A stretch of 64,000 bases of DNA from an uncultured Gemmatimonadaceae bacterium. GTDB taxonomy: Bacteria; Gemmatimonadota; Gemmatimonadetes; Gemmatimonadales; Gemmatimonadaceae. Shown here one piece after another: positions 21,277-34,440 of the stretch. The stretch is taken from contig CAVXGK010000002.1 in assembly GCA_963761305.1 (NCBI GenBank), positions 2,368,001-2,432,000 on the forward strand, written 5' to 3'. The position numbers and the translations under genes are program-made. Under the pieces are notes generated by a model. That model was not told where the DNA came from. It made no database searches and saw only the letters and a program-made list of their open reading frames with translations. The stretch's first letter is position 1; the number at the start of each line of letters is the position of its first letter.

Positions 21277-24271
21277 TCACCGCTTTATCGGTCCACCGGT
21301 CCACCCGTCCACCCGTCCACCCGTCCACCCGCTTACGGTCTCCCGCCGCGCCCCACCGGGCTCCCCGCCTGCACCGCACGCCGCGCCGGGCGCGTTCGTT
21401 CCATCCTTTAGAATCTTCTGACGCGCCAGGTAGGACTCGCCGTCGGTGATCCACGACGCCGGCGGATCGCCCTTGAGGAAGTAGCCGAACCACTCGAGCT
21501 GGCGGTGCAGATAGTCGGCTTGGCTCTCCGGACGCGCGACGTTGTGGTTCTCGCCCTCGTACACGAGATACACCACCTGCTTGCCGAGCCGCCGGCCGAA
21601 GTTGTAGAGCTCTTCGCTCTGGAAGTGGTTCACGTTGCCGTCGGCGTCGCCTTCCTCGAGCAGCAGCGGCGTGTGGAGCGAATCCACCGCGTAGACGGTC
21701 GAGTTGCGGATGTACGCCTGCGGATCTTCCCACAGCGGGACCTGCATGCGCTCCTGACTCGTCTCGTAGTGGCCCGTCTCGGGAAGCCCGCTGTTGCCCG
21801 ACGTGTAGCCGTACATGCTGATCAAGTCGGTGAGCGGCGCGCCGGCGATCGACGCGGCGAACGTGCCGTGGTTGTGCACCGCATAAAACGCCGACTGATA
21901 GCCGCCCCACGAGTGTCCCATGTTGCCGACGTGCTTCGGGTCGATGTCGGCGACCTTCGCTTCGACGGCGGCGACGGCCGACGTCACGCAATCGAGCCCG
22001 GAATATCCCGGATTGCGCGCCTGAAACACGATGTCCGGCCGCAGCACGAAGTAGCCGTTCTGGCTGAACACTTCTGTGTTATAGGGATTCCGCTCGTTGG
22101 GCATCAGATACTGATGGAATCCCTGCGACAGCTTCTCATAGTAGTAGACGACCATCGGATACTTCTTGCCCGGCTCGTAGTTGGCCGGATACGTCAGCAT
22201 CATCTGGAGCTTGTCGCCGCGCTTGTTGGCGTAGTTCATCAGGACCTGCTTGCCCCACGCGTAGTCGCTCTGGAAGGCGTTCGTCGCCGACACGCGCTTC
22301 CCGTCGGCCAATGACGCACCGGCGACGTAGTAGTTCGGCGCCTCCTCGGCCGTCTGTTCCTCGAGCAGGAAGACGTCGGCGTTTTCGGCACGCCGGAGGC
22401 CGGTCACGCTCTTGTCGAGCCACACGAGCGGTTGCGCAGGCTGGCCGATCGTGAGCCGCGAGTATCCGCTCTTCTTGTTGTACTCGCCGGTCGCCGAGAG
22501 AACGAGCGGCTTCGACGCGTCGATTGTTCTTCCTTCTCCGTCGAGTTGACACGGCGTCGAGCGGGCCCCGGCCCCGCCTCGTCCTCCGCGGCCGCCGCCA
22601 CCGCCGCCGAATCCACCACCTTCGTTCACGCATCGAAAGACCGTCGAATCCTCTCGGCCGTGCGTCAGACGCGTGGCCGACGATCCATCGATCGCGATCT
22701 GCCAGAGGTCGAAGCGGTCGTTCACCAGCACCGACTTCTCACCGGTGGTGAATCCGGCGAGCCCGTACGCGCGGCGCTCCGGCACCGGATGGTCGTCCTC
22801 GGCGTTCACGAAACCGACCTTGAGCTTGCCGGTGAGATTCGTGCGCGTACCGCTCTGAAGGTCGAGCACCATCCACTGGCCGTCCTGCTGGTACGTGGCG
22901 TAGCGGCCGCTCGGGCTGAGCGTGGCGCCGTAAGGCGACTTGGTGAGGATCTTCGTGCGCTTGCCGGTGCCGACGTCGACCGAATAGACGTCGCGAACCT
23001 GGCGGCCGGACATGAACTCCTTGGCGTACGGGCCTTCGTCGCTCGCCAGAGCCACGGCGCCGTTCTCGGAGAGCTGCACCGTCTCGAGCGGATCGTCGCT
23101 CAGCCGCACGACCGACGGGCCGCCGACGTGCCAGGCGACGAGCGTGGTGCGCGAGCGATCCTGGCCGGCGCTCACTTCCTGCTGGTGGAACTCGCGGACG
23201 TCCTTCCAGTGCCACACCTGCACGCGTGCCGGCGGCAGCTCACCCGGTGCGCGGCGCTCGGCGGGAGGCGCCTTCGCTTCCCGCGGTGCGACACCGAAGA
23301 ACAGCGTGGCGCCATCGTCCGACCAGCTCGGCGCGCGATACGCGGCGACGCGGAGTCCGGCCGGGAACGAGTGATCGTTCGAGAAATCATATGTCTGTTT
23401 CGCGGCGGAGGCGCCGACGCCGTGCCAGGCCAGAACGGCGTAGGCCGTGTCGGCGAAACGCGCTGTCCGTCTTGCTGCGCAGGGCGACGAGGTCGGCGGA
23501 ATGCGACCGCCACGTGAGGCCCGTGTAGAGCGCGTCGCTGGCGTCGAGCGAACGGACGACACCAGTCTTTGTCTCGAGCACCTGGACGCCGTTCCCCGTG
23601 TGGCCGTCGACGTCGATCGTCATGGCGAGCATCGACCCGTCGTCGTTCCACGCGCTCTCGGACACGTTGCCGAACGCCAGCTCGGTGCCCGCGTCGAGGT
23701 CGCGCACGATCACGTCGGCGGCGCGTCGGCCGGCCGCCGGATAGCGGCGCAGCGCCACGTGCGAGCCGTCGCTGCTCAGCGTGTACGACTGGATGTCGTC
23801 GAGCGTGGTGAGCGTTCCCGTGCGCAGATCGACCACGCCGACCTTGTTTCGATTCGGAGCGGTGCCGCCTTCGGCTGCCGGTTCACCGCCGCCGCGACCG
23901 CCGCGACCACCGCCGCCGCCGGCGCGTCCGCGCCCGCCGCGACCGCCCGCGGTGTCGGGCGTGATCGTGTAGAGCAGCCAGCGGCTATTGCCGGTGAACT
24001 GCGGATTCGTCGCCGAGCGCGCCGTCGTTTCCTTGTCGGTACCGACCGCGCGGTAGTGAAGCTCGGTCGATCCGTTGCCGCGCCGCAGATCGAAGGCGAG
24101 CCACTTTCCGTCGGGCGACAACGCGCCGGCGCCGAGTGTCTCCCATTTCGCGTAGTCGGCGCTGGTGAGGGTCGGCTTCGCCGGAGCGTGTTGGGGGGGC
24201 TGTTGCGCGGCGAGGGGTGCCGCGAGGATCGCGGCGGCGGCGATGGTGGAGAAGCGAAGTGCGCTCGACAT
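21277..24271 (-). CDS. secreted S9 prolyl oligopeptidase family peptidase (apparent frameshift near 23460)
   Basis: beta-propeller SPDGKW repeats, GHSWGGY nucleophile motif, GDADGNV, YEGENH; C-terminus reads into an octamer array, true stop possibly TAA at 21333. Confidence 0.88.
21290..21331 (-). repeat. octamer array (~5 units)
   Basis: GGTCCACCGGTCCACCCGTCCACCCGTCCACCCGTCCACCCG. Confidence 0.85.
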
Positions 24272-24384
24272 GGAACGCCTCAGTGAGAATGGCTCGGGCG
24301 ACGGGGGGCGGGGGCGATGGATTCGTTCGGATCATACGTCCCGGGCGACGCGTTGACAAATGGACTCGCGCCGGACGGGTGGCT

Positions 24385-24422
24385 GAAAAACAATCAACCC
24401 GCGGCGACCGCCGCGGGTTGAT
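24385..24422 (-). terminator. intrinsic terminator after SusC/SusD pair 1
   Basis: 13-bp stem ATCAACCCGCGGC/GCCGCGGGTTGAT followed on the minus strand by TGTTTTT. Confidence 0.7.
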
Positions 24423-24444
24423 CGAAACTAGGGTCGAGCGGATG

Positions 24445-25836
24445 CTACGCGTTGCGATCGAGGCATCCGTGGAACAGCGGATTCACCTGCTCGCTGTTCG
24501 GCACCGGCAAGTTCACGTCGGTTCCGAATGAACCGCCCTTGAAGTAGCCGCCCGTCGGGAAGACGTTGTCCTGCGTCCGCTTGTACTGGTAGATCAAGCG
24601 GCGCAGGTCGGGAAGCCGTTCGCCACGTCCGAACGTCCAGAACGCCTTCTCCCGGAACAGGAGATTGGTAGCGCTGTTCTGGTCGGCGGGGGTCGCGCAG
24701 CGCCGGCAGCGCCGGGATCGCGATGTTGCCGATGCGTCGGCTTGGCCGCGCGCAGGGCGTTGAGGATCGTCATCATCCCCGGAATGTCATTCGCCTGCAG
24801 CCTGGCTTCGGCCTCGTACAGTCTGGCGTCGATTCCCGAACCGAGCACGACCGGGTCGAACTGGTTTTTGATGAGGAGGTTGAGGAACGATTGGCGTGGA
24901 CTGATCCTCCGCGCCAATGACCGGGCTGGATAGCTTGCCGCTGATCGTCGGCACGCGCGGGTCGTTCGCCGAGACGAACGGAAGCGCGTTCTTGATGACC
25001 GTCGGCGACCCGTTCACGATGTCGACGCTGTCGCCAACCGTGACGCGCGCGATGGAGTTGACGAGGCTCCAGATGCCGTTGTTCCACCGCCCGTGGCGGA
25101 GAACGTCATCGTGTACTGGAACGGTCGTCGGGACGTTCGCGGTGACCGCGGCGACGGCGCCGAAATTCCCCTTGTCCACCAGGATTCTCGCCTTCATGAT
25201 CGCCGCGAAGTTGTGGATGCCGACCGTTCCGGCGTCGGTCGCAGTCGTGAGAGCGAGCGCTGAATCGAGGTGAGCCGAAGCGCTGTCGTACACCTGCTGG
25301 GTCGTCAGCGGAGCGCCGAAGGTCTGCACACCGCTGATGGTGTGGCCGAGCGGAATGCCGTTGCAGAAGTTGTCGGCCAAGGTCATCTCGAGGTATCCCA
25401 GCTCCGCCCACAGTTCGCCGCGGAGGCCGGTGCTGTCGGGCAGGAACGTCTTCATCGCGGTGATCGCGTCGCGAACGAATCCTCGGGACTGCGTGATCGC
25501 CGGGTACAGGCCGCTGGTGATGCCGTTGGCCGGATCGATGGTGCGTTGATCGACGTCCACGCGATCGGTCAAGAAATCGGAGTTCTTGTACTCGTCGGCG
25601 AGCGTTCCGCCGTATTCCCAAACCGCCTCGGTGCCGTCGGCGTTCGTGAGCTGCTTGTAGCGGCTGAGCGCGCCGACACGAAGTGCCAGCGCCGCCGTCG
25701 GCGTGCCTACCGCCGACGGGTCGATGATGCCGGGGTTCTGCGGCTGCAGCAGCTGGTCCTTCACATTACAGCCGGTGAGCGCCACGAAGGCGAGCCCGGC
25801 GACCGCGCACAGAGCGGCGTGCGTCTTGTTCACCAT
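24445..25836 (-). CDS. SusD/RagB-like outer-membrane lipoprotein (frameshifted)
   Basis: lipobox LTGC, LADEY, LADNFCNGIP, ARILV, ARLYEAEARL, FREKAFWTFGRGERLPDLRRLI; ends CLDRNA. Confidence 0.85.
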
Positions 25837-25855
25837 GGTTTCGTCCTCGAAAGGG

Positions 25856-28800
25856 TCAGTACTTCAGGTTGAGTCGAGCGGTGAGGTACGTCGGCTGCGG
25901 TGCGGTGTTGAACTCGTTCTGACGCTTCGGCCGCGTTCACGCCGTAGTTCGACTCGGGATCGAGACCCGGTGAACTTCGTCCACAGGTGCAGGTTCCGCG
26001 CGCCGAGCACGATCGTCGATCCCGGACCGCCGCGCACCATGTGCAGGAGCTGCGGCGGGAGCGTGTACGTGATCGACAACTCACGCCAGCGCCAGAACTG
26101 ATCGCTCACGTAGTAGCCGAGCGTCGTCTTCGTGCGTGGTGCCGTTGTATGAGGGAGCCGAGCGTTGCGGCCACGGCGCGCGCCTGCATCCACAGCGGAG
26201 CCGTCGGGATCCATGTCTTCCTGGCATCCCTGCGGCGCCGACGTGCAATCGAATCCGTTCGTTCCGTCGACAGTGTTGCCGCCGCTGCGGTAGTCGAACA
26301 GCGCCGAGATGCGGAGTCTTGCGATGGAAGAGATCGATGCCGTTCTGGATCGAGACGACGTCGCGCGGGAAATTGTAGCCCGGTGTTGAACCGCGCCGGA
26401 TCGACCGTGATTTCGGACCGCTGGATCACGCCGTCGTGGTTCGCATCGGCCCAGTGATAGGCCTTGATACCACTGCGCGTTCAGGGCGGAAGCCCTGGCG
26501 TTGCTCGGTCGTGAGGCCGGCGCCGATGATACGCTCTGACGCCCGTCGTCGGATCGATGCCCAGCTCGAGCCACTTGTTGCTGTTGTGCGACGCGCTGAG
26601 CGTGACGTCGTAGCCGAACGCCGGCGCGTCCACGAGCTGCGCGTTGGCCTGGAACTCGTGACCCCAATTGCGCGTGGAGCCAACGTTCTGGAGAAGGCTC
26701 GTGACTGGCGACGCGACCGACGCCGCGATCGGCACGCTGATCAGGGCATTCGAGGTCTTCTTGTCATAGTACGTGTAATCGAGGTGCAGCCGGCGGTTGA
26801 GCAGGTCGGTCTCGAAACCGCCCTCGAATTCCGCCGAGGTTTCCGGCTTGAGGTTCGCGTTGCCCGGGTTCGATGGCGACCAGCCCCGATTGGTCCGAGT
26901 CGCCGTCGTCGTTCCGACTTTCGACAAGCTCGTCGTGGCGGCCGAGAACGTCTGCAGCGCCGCCGTGGCGCCCGGCTGCACGCCATTCTGCGCCATACGC
27001 GCTGCGGAGGCGGAAGGAGTTCAGCCAGTCCAATTTCGGGAAGAACGACTCGTCGGACATGAGCCAGGAGACGCTGACCTTCGGATAGACGACGTGCTGG
27101 AAGTTCGAGCCGAACGCGCTGTTCTGGTCCGTGCGAACCGCGCCGGTGAGGAACAACCGATCGCGAAGAGCAGCCTGCTCCTGCACGTAGAAGCCGAGTG
27201 TCTTGACCGCCGTCGGCTCCTGCGCGCTGAAACTGACGAACCGTGGCCGTTGCGCCGAGGCTCGACGCGCCAGGCGCGAGGCCGCGACCCTGGGCGCTTT
27301 CACAGTCCGATCTCAGCGTTGGTATAGTCGCCGCCAACCGACGTCTTGAGGTTGGCCCATGGTTTGGCCTGCCATGATCGCCGTGCTGGCGAACTTTGCG
27401 CTGAGGGTTCGGAAGTTGTTGTTTGTCGTCGAACACGTTGCCGGCGGTGGACGTAGCGCCCGAGTTCGGGCACTCGTTCAAGCGGCAGATGTGGTACGTG
27501 TCGTTGATCGCGAGGTCGACGCCGACCGTGCCTTCGTTCTGCATCCACGAGAAGGGCCGCCAGTTCGCGTCCAGGCTTCCGGTCGTTCGCTGCACGTCGA
27601 CGGGCGTGTCGGTACTGCATGACCGAGCCCGGCGCGAACGAGTTGTAGTCATGGAGTGGGAAACCGGTCGGATCGGTGTAGGGCTTGTCGAGGCCGCAAC
27701 CCGGTGTTCTGGGTTCCCGCCGGACATCCCTTGTAGCCGTAGTTCGCCTGGCCGAGATAGAGGGTCGATATCAGCAGCGAGTTGTCAGGCTCGATCGAGT
27801 TGTCCGACTTGCCGAAGCCGGCGTTCGCCGTAAGGTCAAACTTGGGGCTCAGCGCCGCCGACAGGTTGGTGCGGAAGTTCAGCCGCTGCTGGTTCCGCGG
27901 GTGCAGCATGTCCGACGTCACGGGCGTGTGCAGCGAATCCTGGAAGAACCGGATGTCCTGCGCCGGCATCTGGATCGGGCCGAACTCGTTGTCGACATCC
28001 GCGCTCGTGAAGTAGCGAATTAGATCGTTGCCGCCACTGACGTTCATGCCGAACAGGCTTCCGCGACCCAACCCGATCATCGTGTTGGTGGGATCGCTGA
28101 ACGGATCGTAGTGCGTGAGGCTGTCGGAGATGCACGTGGCGCCCTGCGCGATGGAGAAGGCCGACGTCTGCATCTGCGGTAGCTGGCAGCGAATCTCCTT
28201 CGAGGGGTTCGTCGGCGTATGGCCGAAGTTGGCGTACTGGGCCTGGTAGTGGGTGCGGTCGTCGATCGTCCGCGTCTCTGCCGTCCAGTTCCAGTGGGTC
28301 GCGCCGGCGCGGCCCTTTTTCGTCGTGATGACGATGATGCCGTTTGCCGCGTTCGTTCCATATAGCGTCGCGGCCGACGGACCTTTCACGATCTCGACGT
28401 CCTCGATCTCGTTCGGGTCGAGGTTGTTGAGCAGTGAGATCGGCGTCTGGCCAGCGGATGTATTCGGGGCGGAACCGTTCGGGTTCGATACGTTGTAGCG
28501 AACGCCATCGACGTAGAATATCGGCGAATTGCTCAAGCGAGATCGACGAGATTCCGCGCACGCGAATCACCGGCGCGCCGCCGAGCACGGGGCTCGGGAG
28601 GACGCTGACGCCAGGCGCCTTCGCGACCATCAGGTCGGTGATGTTCGAGATCTCGGTCTGCTCGACTTTAGTTCCGACGTCGCCGAGCGTGGAGAGCGCG
28701 TTTCCGAGCTCCACCTTTCGCTGCTGGCCGGTCGCCGTGGTCACGACGTCCTCGAGCTGTGTGACTGCGACTTCGAGTGCGAAGTCGCTCGTCGTCGTAC

Positions 28801-29092
28801 CGCCGGCCGTAACCTCGACCGTCCGTTTGACCGACCGATAGCCGACGCGCAGCACCTGAATCTGCAGGCTGCCCAGCGGCACGTTGCGCAGAGTGTATTT
28901 ACCGTCTTCGCCGGTATTGGCGGACAAAGTGCCGCCGATCACGATGATGCGGGCGTCGACGAGAGGCCGTTCACCGTCCTTCGAGGTGACGTGTCCCGTA
29001 ACGGTGGCTCCCTGCGCGGCCAAGCGGCCACCGAGGGAAGTGAGGGCGAGCGCTGCTCCTGCGACGGCGAGCTTCCAGCGTCCCAAAGTCAT
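25856..29092 (-). CDS. SusC/RagA-type TonB-dependent receptor (several frameshifts)
   Basis: LEDVVTTATG, IRVRGISS, IEDVEIVKGPSAATLYGTNAANGIIVITTKKG, GNANLKPETSAEFEGG; ends RLNLKY. Confidence 0.9.
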
Positions 29093-29519
29093 TGTCACTC
29101 CTGTGAGGAGGTCGAGCGGGGGGAACGACCTGAACAACGCAAGGCGGCCAACAAAACCGGCCCCGGTTCCGATGGCGGTGGGGCAGGTCGATGGTGAACT
29201 GCAGCTCTGATTGTTGTGTTGCCGGGGGACTGCGAGGACGGCGGTGGCGTTCAGGTGGGACTGCGGTGGACTGCGGGGGTGGACTGCCACGGCACCAACA
29301 GGTCCGAACCGGGTCGTTTCGCGGGCTTCGGATGGCGGAGACGGTACCGGCTCGACGAATCAACGTCAAGAACCACCAAGGAGAGCAAATCCGTCACATG
29401 GCAGATGTAAGCCATCTGCGGTGGTTCGGTTCCCGTCTCGCGTGGTGCTGGTGTGTTGGCTCATCACGCCGCATTTTCGCATCGTCGCACATACGAATTT
29501 TCCTTTCGAGGAGACCACG

Positions 29520-32240
29520 ATGTCCCCCCAGCGGATCGCGCGTCGCACCCGAATGCTGTTTCTACCGATGGTCTACCGATGGCTCTGCCCATCGCTCTGT
29601 TCGCCGCCGCCTCGGCCGCGGCGCAACACGCGCCCGCCGGCGCAGCGTCGTCGCTCCCGACACCCGAGTCGGTGTTCGGGTTTTCCGTCGGCGCCGACTA
29701 CAAGCTTTTCACATACGACCAATCGATCGACTACTTCCATAAGCTCGCCGCGGCGAGCAACCGGATTCGTCTGATCACCGTCGGCAAAACAGCATATGGA
29801 AAGACCTGGACGGCGGCGATCATCTCCTCGCCGGCCAACCTCGCTCGGCTCGACAAGATCCGCGAGAACAACATGCGCCTCGCGCATCCCGGCGAATCTC
29901 ACCGACGCGCAAGCGCGCGACCTCGCGCGCCAGGGACGCGCGATCGTCGACATAAGCGGCGGGCTGCACGCGTCGGAGATCGCCGGGTCGCAGCACACGC
30001 CGCAGGTCGCCTACGAACTGCTGTCGCGCGCCGGCGAGCCGGAGATGAAGACGATCCTCGACAGCGTCGTGTTCTTCCTCTGGCCGTCGATCAATCCCGA
30101 CGGACAGGACATCGTCGTGAACTGGTGCCGTGCCAACGAGCCGGATCCAGAGCACAACACCCGCGGCGTGCCGATGGAGCTGTACGAGAAATACGTCGGC
30201 CACGACAACAACCGCGATTCATACATGCTGAACGTCATCGAGTCGCGCGTCATTCAGCGCACGTGGCGCGAGTGGGAGCCGGACGTGATCTACGTGCAGC
30301 ACCAATCGTCGCCGTTTCCGACGCGCATCTGGATTCCGCCGTTCGCCGATCCGGTCGGATTCCGCGTGCCGCCGATCATGGCGCGCGAGGTGAACGCGAT
30401 CGGCACGCGCATCGCCGAGCAGCTCGACGCCAACGGAATGCCGGGCGCCGTGTCGCAGCTCGAGACGTACGACGCGTGGTACCCGGGCTACATCGACTAC
30501 ATGCCGATGTACCAGAACATCCCGGCGTGGTGGACGGAGACACAGGGCGGCGACTGCGCCAGGCCGCGCACGTCGACGGTCGCCGACCTGCCGGCCGACT
30601 ACGCCGACCTGCGCCCGACGTCGCTCTACTCGAGCCCGTGGGCCGAGGGCAAATGGGGTCTGCGCGACGCGGTGAACTATATGGTAAGCGCTGACCTCAC
30701 CACGCTCGACTACGCGGCGCGGTTCAAGTCGGAGCTGCTCTACAACCGCTATCAGGCGGCGCGAAACACGATTCAGCAATTCAAGACGAGCGCGCCGTAC
30801 GCCTACTTCATCTCGCAGGACCAGCACGACCGCGTGGCGCCCGTCGAGCTGCTGCGGCGCCTGGCGTTCATGGGCGTCCACGTGCGACAGCTGAGCAAAG
30901 ACGTTTCCTATGGAGGGGCGTCGTACCCCAAGGGAACCTGGGTCATCCCGATGGACCAGGAGTACGCGCAGCTCGTTCGAGAGCTGTTCGAGCCGCAGAA
31001 GTATCCCGAGTCGGGCTCTGACCCGACGCCGTACGACGCTGCCGGATGGACGCTTCCCTTCCAGATGGACGTCAACGTCGTCGAGGGGAAATCGCCGCTC
31101 ACCGACGACATCCGCGCCGCACTCGCGCCGCTGCATGGGACGCCGGTCGACTGGCACACCGATCCCAACGAGCCGCTCACGACAAACGCCGAGGCGGCGG
31201 GCATCGTCCCGGCACCGGGCGGTATCACGGGATCAGGCGACGCGCTGTTGCTCGATCCGGCGCAGAACAACTCGTTCAAGCTGATCAACCGCGCGCTCGC
31301 GGCCGGCGCGTCGCTGCACTTCTCGGCGGCAGCCGGTGGACAGCCGGCGCGTTACGTCGTGACCGGGCTCGACGCCTCGAAGGCGGACGCGTGGGCGAAG
31401 GAACTCTGGGTCACCGCCGAGCGAACGTCGTCGCCGCCGGCGTCGGTGAACACGGCAACTCGCATCGCGCTGTTCAAGTCGCAGCCCGGCGTGATGGACG
31501 AAGGGTGGACGGAGTGGCTCTTCGACACGTACGGCGCGAAGTACACGCTCATCACGCCCACCGATCTTCACAGCGGAAACTTGGCCAGCCGGTTCGACGC
31601 GATCGTCGTCGGATCGCAGAACGTGGGTGGTCGCGGCGGCCGCGGCGGTGGAGGTGGAGGAGGCGGCGGTGGACGCGGGGGGCGCGGCGGCGCCGCGCCG
31701 GACAGTTCGGCGGTGGAAGAGCAGCGCGCGCTCGATGAATTCGTGAAGGCGGGTGGAACCGTGGTGGCGTGGAATCAGGGCGCCTCATCGCTCGTCAACA
31801 CGCTGCGGCTTCCAGTGCGAAACGTGGTCGCCGGCCTCAGTCGAAAGGACTTCTTCACCGGCGGATCGATCATGCAGGTCATCACCGATCCGACGCATCC
31901 GGTGATGTCGGGAATGCCCGAGCACGCGGACGTGATGGTCTTCAATAGTCCCGTGTTCACGACGCTCGACGGATTCGAGGGCGCGGTGATCGCCAAATAC
32001 CCGAGCGACGTGTCGCCATTGCGGTCGGGATTCCTGAACGGGCCGTCCCACATGCAGGGATACGCGGCGGCGCTCGACGTGAAGCACGAGAAGGGTCACG
32101 CCATTCTGTTCGCCTTCCAGCCGGAGTGGCGTGGCCAGCCGACGGGGACGTTCCGCGCCGTGTTCAACGCGGCGTTCTTTGGGCACGAAGTCGCCGATCA
32201 GGCAAAGGGCGCGGCCGGGTTCTGGACGGCGAAGCCCTGA
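29520..32240 (+). CDS. secreted M14 zinc carboxypeptidase with C-terminal GATase-like region (frameshifts near 29580 and 29890)
   Basis: GGLHASE, INPDG, YVGHDNNRD, YDAWYPGY, MDEGWTEWLFD; GAGGAG RBS before ATG 29520. Confidence 0.85.
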
Positions 32241-32380
32241 CGACGGCCGCCGACGGCCGCCAACGGCTCGGCGACCGACTCAGCTTATAGTCAAAAGCTT
32301 GAGTCGAGTCGCCGAAGCCGGCATGTTTCGTTAATGTTGGCAGTGCGTGCGGCGGGCCAAGAAGCGCAGTCGCACCGTTT

Positions 32381-32454
32381 GCGCGCGTAGCTCAGCTGGA
32401 TAGAGCGTCGGCCTCCGGAGCCGAAGGTCACAGGTTCGAATCCTGTCGCGCGCG
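32381..32454 (+). tRNA. tRNA-Arg(CCG)
   Basis: GCGCGCG acceptor, TCGGC-CTCCGGA-GCCGA anticodon arm, GGTTCGAATCC. Confidence 0.96.
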
Positions 32455-32630
32455 TCTCCCCTCCCCCTCCCTCCCCCTACCCCGCCGTCGGGCACGCCTG
32501 AGCTACTGCTCAAACCGCCCTCCCCGTTTACCCGTCTAGCTGTCCACCCCGCTCCACGCTGGCGCTGAACTCGCAACGGAGTTCTAGGGCCATCGGGTCA
32601 TTCCCCCCCACACTCCGCTCCGAGCAGGCG

Positions 32631-33909
32631 ATGGGCCTCCCTGTCGCACAAACGTCCTTGAACATCGCGGAACTGAAGCGGAAGTCCGTCCCCGAGCTTC
32701 AGGAGCTAGCCACGTCCTATCTCGTGGATGGCGTCGACGGTCTGGGTAAACAGGATCTCATCTTCCGCATCGAGCAGAAGCTGCTCGACGTGAACGTCGC
32801 GCTCACGGGCGAGGGCGTGCTCGAGATTCTGCCCGAGGGCTACGGTTTTCTCCGCAGCCCCGACTGGAACTACCTGTACGGCCCCGACGACATCTATGTA
32901 TCGCCGTCGCAGATCAAGCGCTTCGATCTCAAGACCGGCGACATGGTGTCGGGACAGGTGCGCCCTCCCAAGGAATGGGAGCGCTACCTCGCGCTGCTCA
33001 AAGTGGAGACGGTCAACGACGATCCGCCCGAGGTCGCCAAAGGGCGCGTCACGTTCGACAATCTGCGGGTGCGTCTATCCCGAAGGCCGGCTGCGCCTCG
33101 AGACGAAAGACGGCGACGTCAGCATGCGCATCATGGATCTGATCGCGCCGATCGGGAAAGGGCAGCGCGGCCTGATCGTCTCGCCGCCGCGCGCCGGAAA
33201 GACGATTCTCCTCCAGAAGATCGCCAACGCGATCGTCGAGAATCACCCGGAGGTCACGCTCATCATGCTCCTGATCGACGAGCGGCCCGAAGAGGTGACC
33301 GACACGCTCGCCAACGTCGACGCCGAAGTGATCGCGTCGACGTTCGACGAAGAGGCGACGCGCCACGCGCAGGTGTCGGACATGGTCATCGAGCGGGCGA
33401 AGCGGCTCGTCGAAAGCAAGAAGGACGTCGTCATCCTGCTCGACTCCATCACGCGTCTCGCGCGGGCGCACAACACGGTGACGCCGCAGTCCGGCAAGAT
33501 TCTTTCGGGCGGCGTCGACGCGAAGGGACTCGAGAAGCCGAAAAAATTCTTCGGCGCGGCGCGCAACATCGAGGGCGGAGGGTCGCTCACCATCATCGCC
33601 ACCGCGCTCATCGAGACCGGCTCGCGCATGGACGAGGTGATCTTCGAGGAGTTCAAGGGCACGGGCAACATGGAGCTCGTGCTCAGCCGCAAGATCGCCG
33701 AGCGGCGCGTGTATCCGGCGATCGACATCGGCAAATCCGGCACGCGAAAGGAGGAGCTGCTGTTCAGCCAGGAGGAGCTCAACCGCGTGTACCTGCTCAG
33801 GAATTTCCTCGCCGACATGCCCGAGGCGGAAGCGATGGAGTTCCTGCTCAAGCAGATGGGCCGCTCGAAGAACAACAAGGAGTTCTTCCAGCAAATGGCG
33901 CAAGGGTAG
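32631..33909 (+). CDS. rho: transcription termination factor Rho (apparent frameshift near 33070)
   Basis: [66 protein letters not shown] across two frames. Confidence 0.96.
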
Positions 33910-33972
33910 GACGAGTGCGGCGTACGGTGTGCGGGGTGCGGGGAACTGCTGCCTCTCGGTGGGGGCGGCGAC

Positions 33973-34440
33973 GTGCCGAATGAAGCGCGCGGACGGCTGA
34001 TGGCGATCGACTATGGAGAGCGCCGCGTCGGGCTGGCGATCAGCGATCCGACGGGAACGATCGCGTCGCCGGCGGGAGCGATCGTGCGTCGCGCCGGCAA
34101 GCGGCCGCCGGTGGCCGAGATCCTGCGACGAGCGGAAGCGCTCGAGGCGAGAGGGTTCGTCGTCGGCTTGCCGCTCGACGGCAACGGCGACGAGACGCCG
34201 CGCTCGCGCGAGGTGCGGCTCGTCGCCGAGGCCATCGAAAAGCGCTCGGGAAAATCGGTCGAGCTCGTGGATGAGCGGTACACGACGGCCACGGCGTTGC
34301 GCGCGATCCACGATATGGGGGGCTCGACGCGTGGGCGCAAAAGCGATGTCGACGCGCTGGCCGCCGCCGTGTTACTGCAACGGGTGCTGGATCGACAAAC
34401 AGAGGTGGACAGGTCGACAGGTGGACGGGTGGACGGGTGA
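33973..34440 (+). CDS. ruvX: RuvX/YqgF pre-16S rRNA nuclease / Holliday junction resolvase-like
   Basis: AIDYGERRVGLAISD, VVGLPL, VDERYTT, VDALAAAVLLQ. Confidence 0.92.
   Translation: MPNEARGRLMAIDYGERRVGLAISDPTGTIASPAGAIVRRAGKRPPVAEILRRAEALEARGFVVGLPLDGNGDETPRSREVRLVAEAIEKRSGKSVELVDERYTTATALRAIHDMGGSTRGRKSDVDALAAAVLLQRVLDRQTEVDRSTGGRVDG

Noticed and set aside
17577..32380. Integrative island between tRNA-Pro and tRNA-Arg
   Set aside because: No integrase, no duplicated tRNA 3' end found, and composition is host-like
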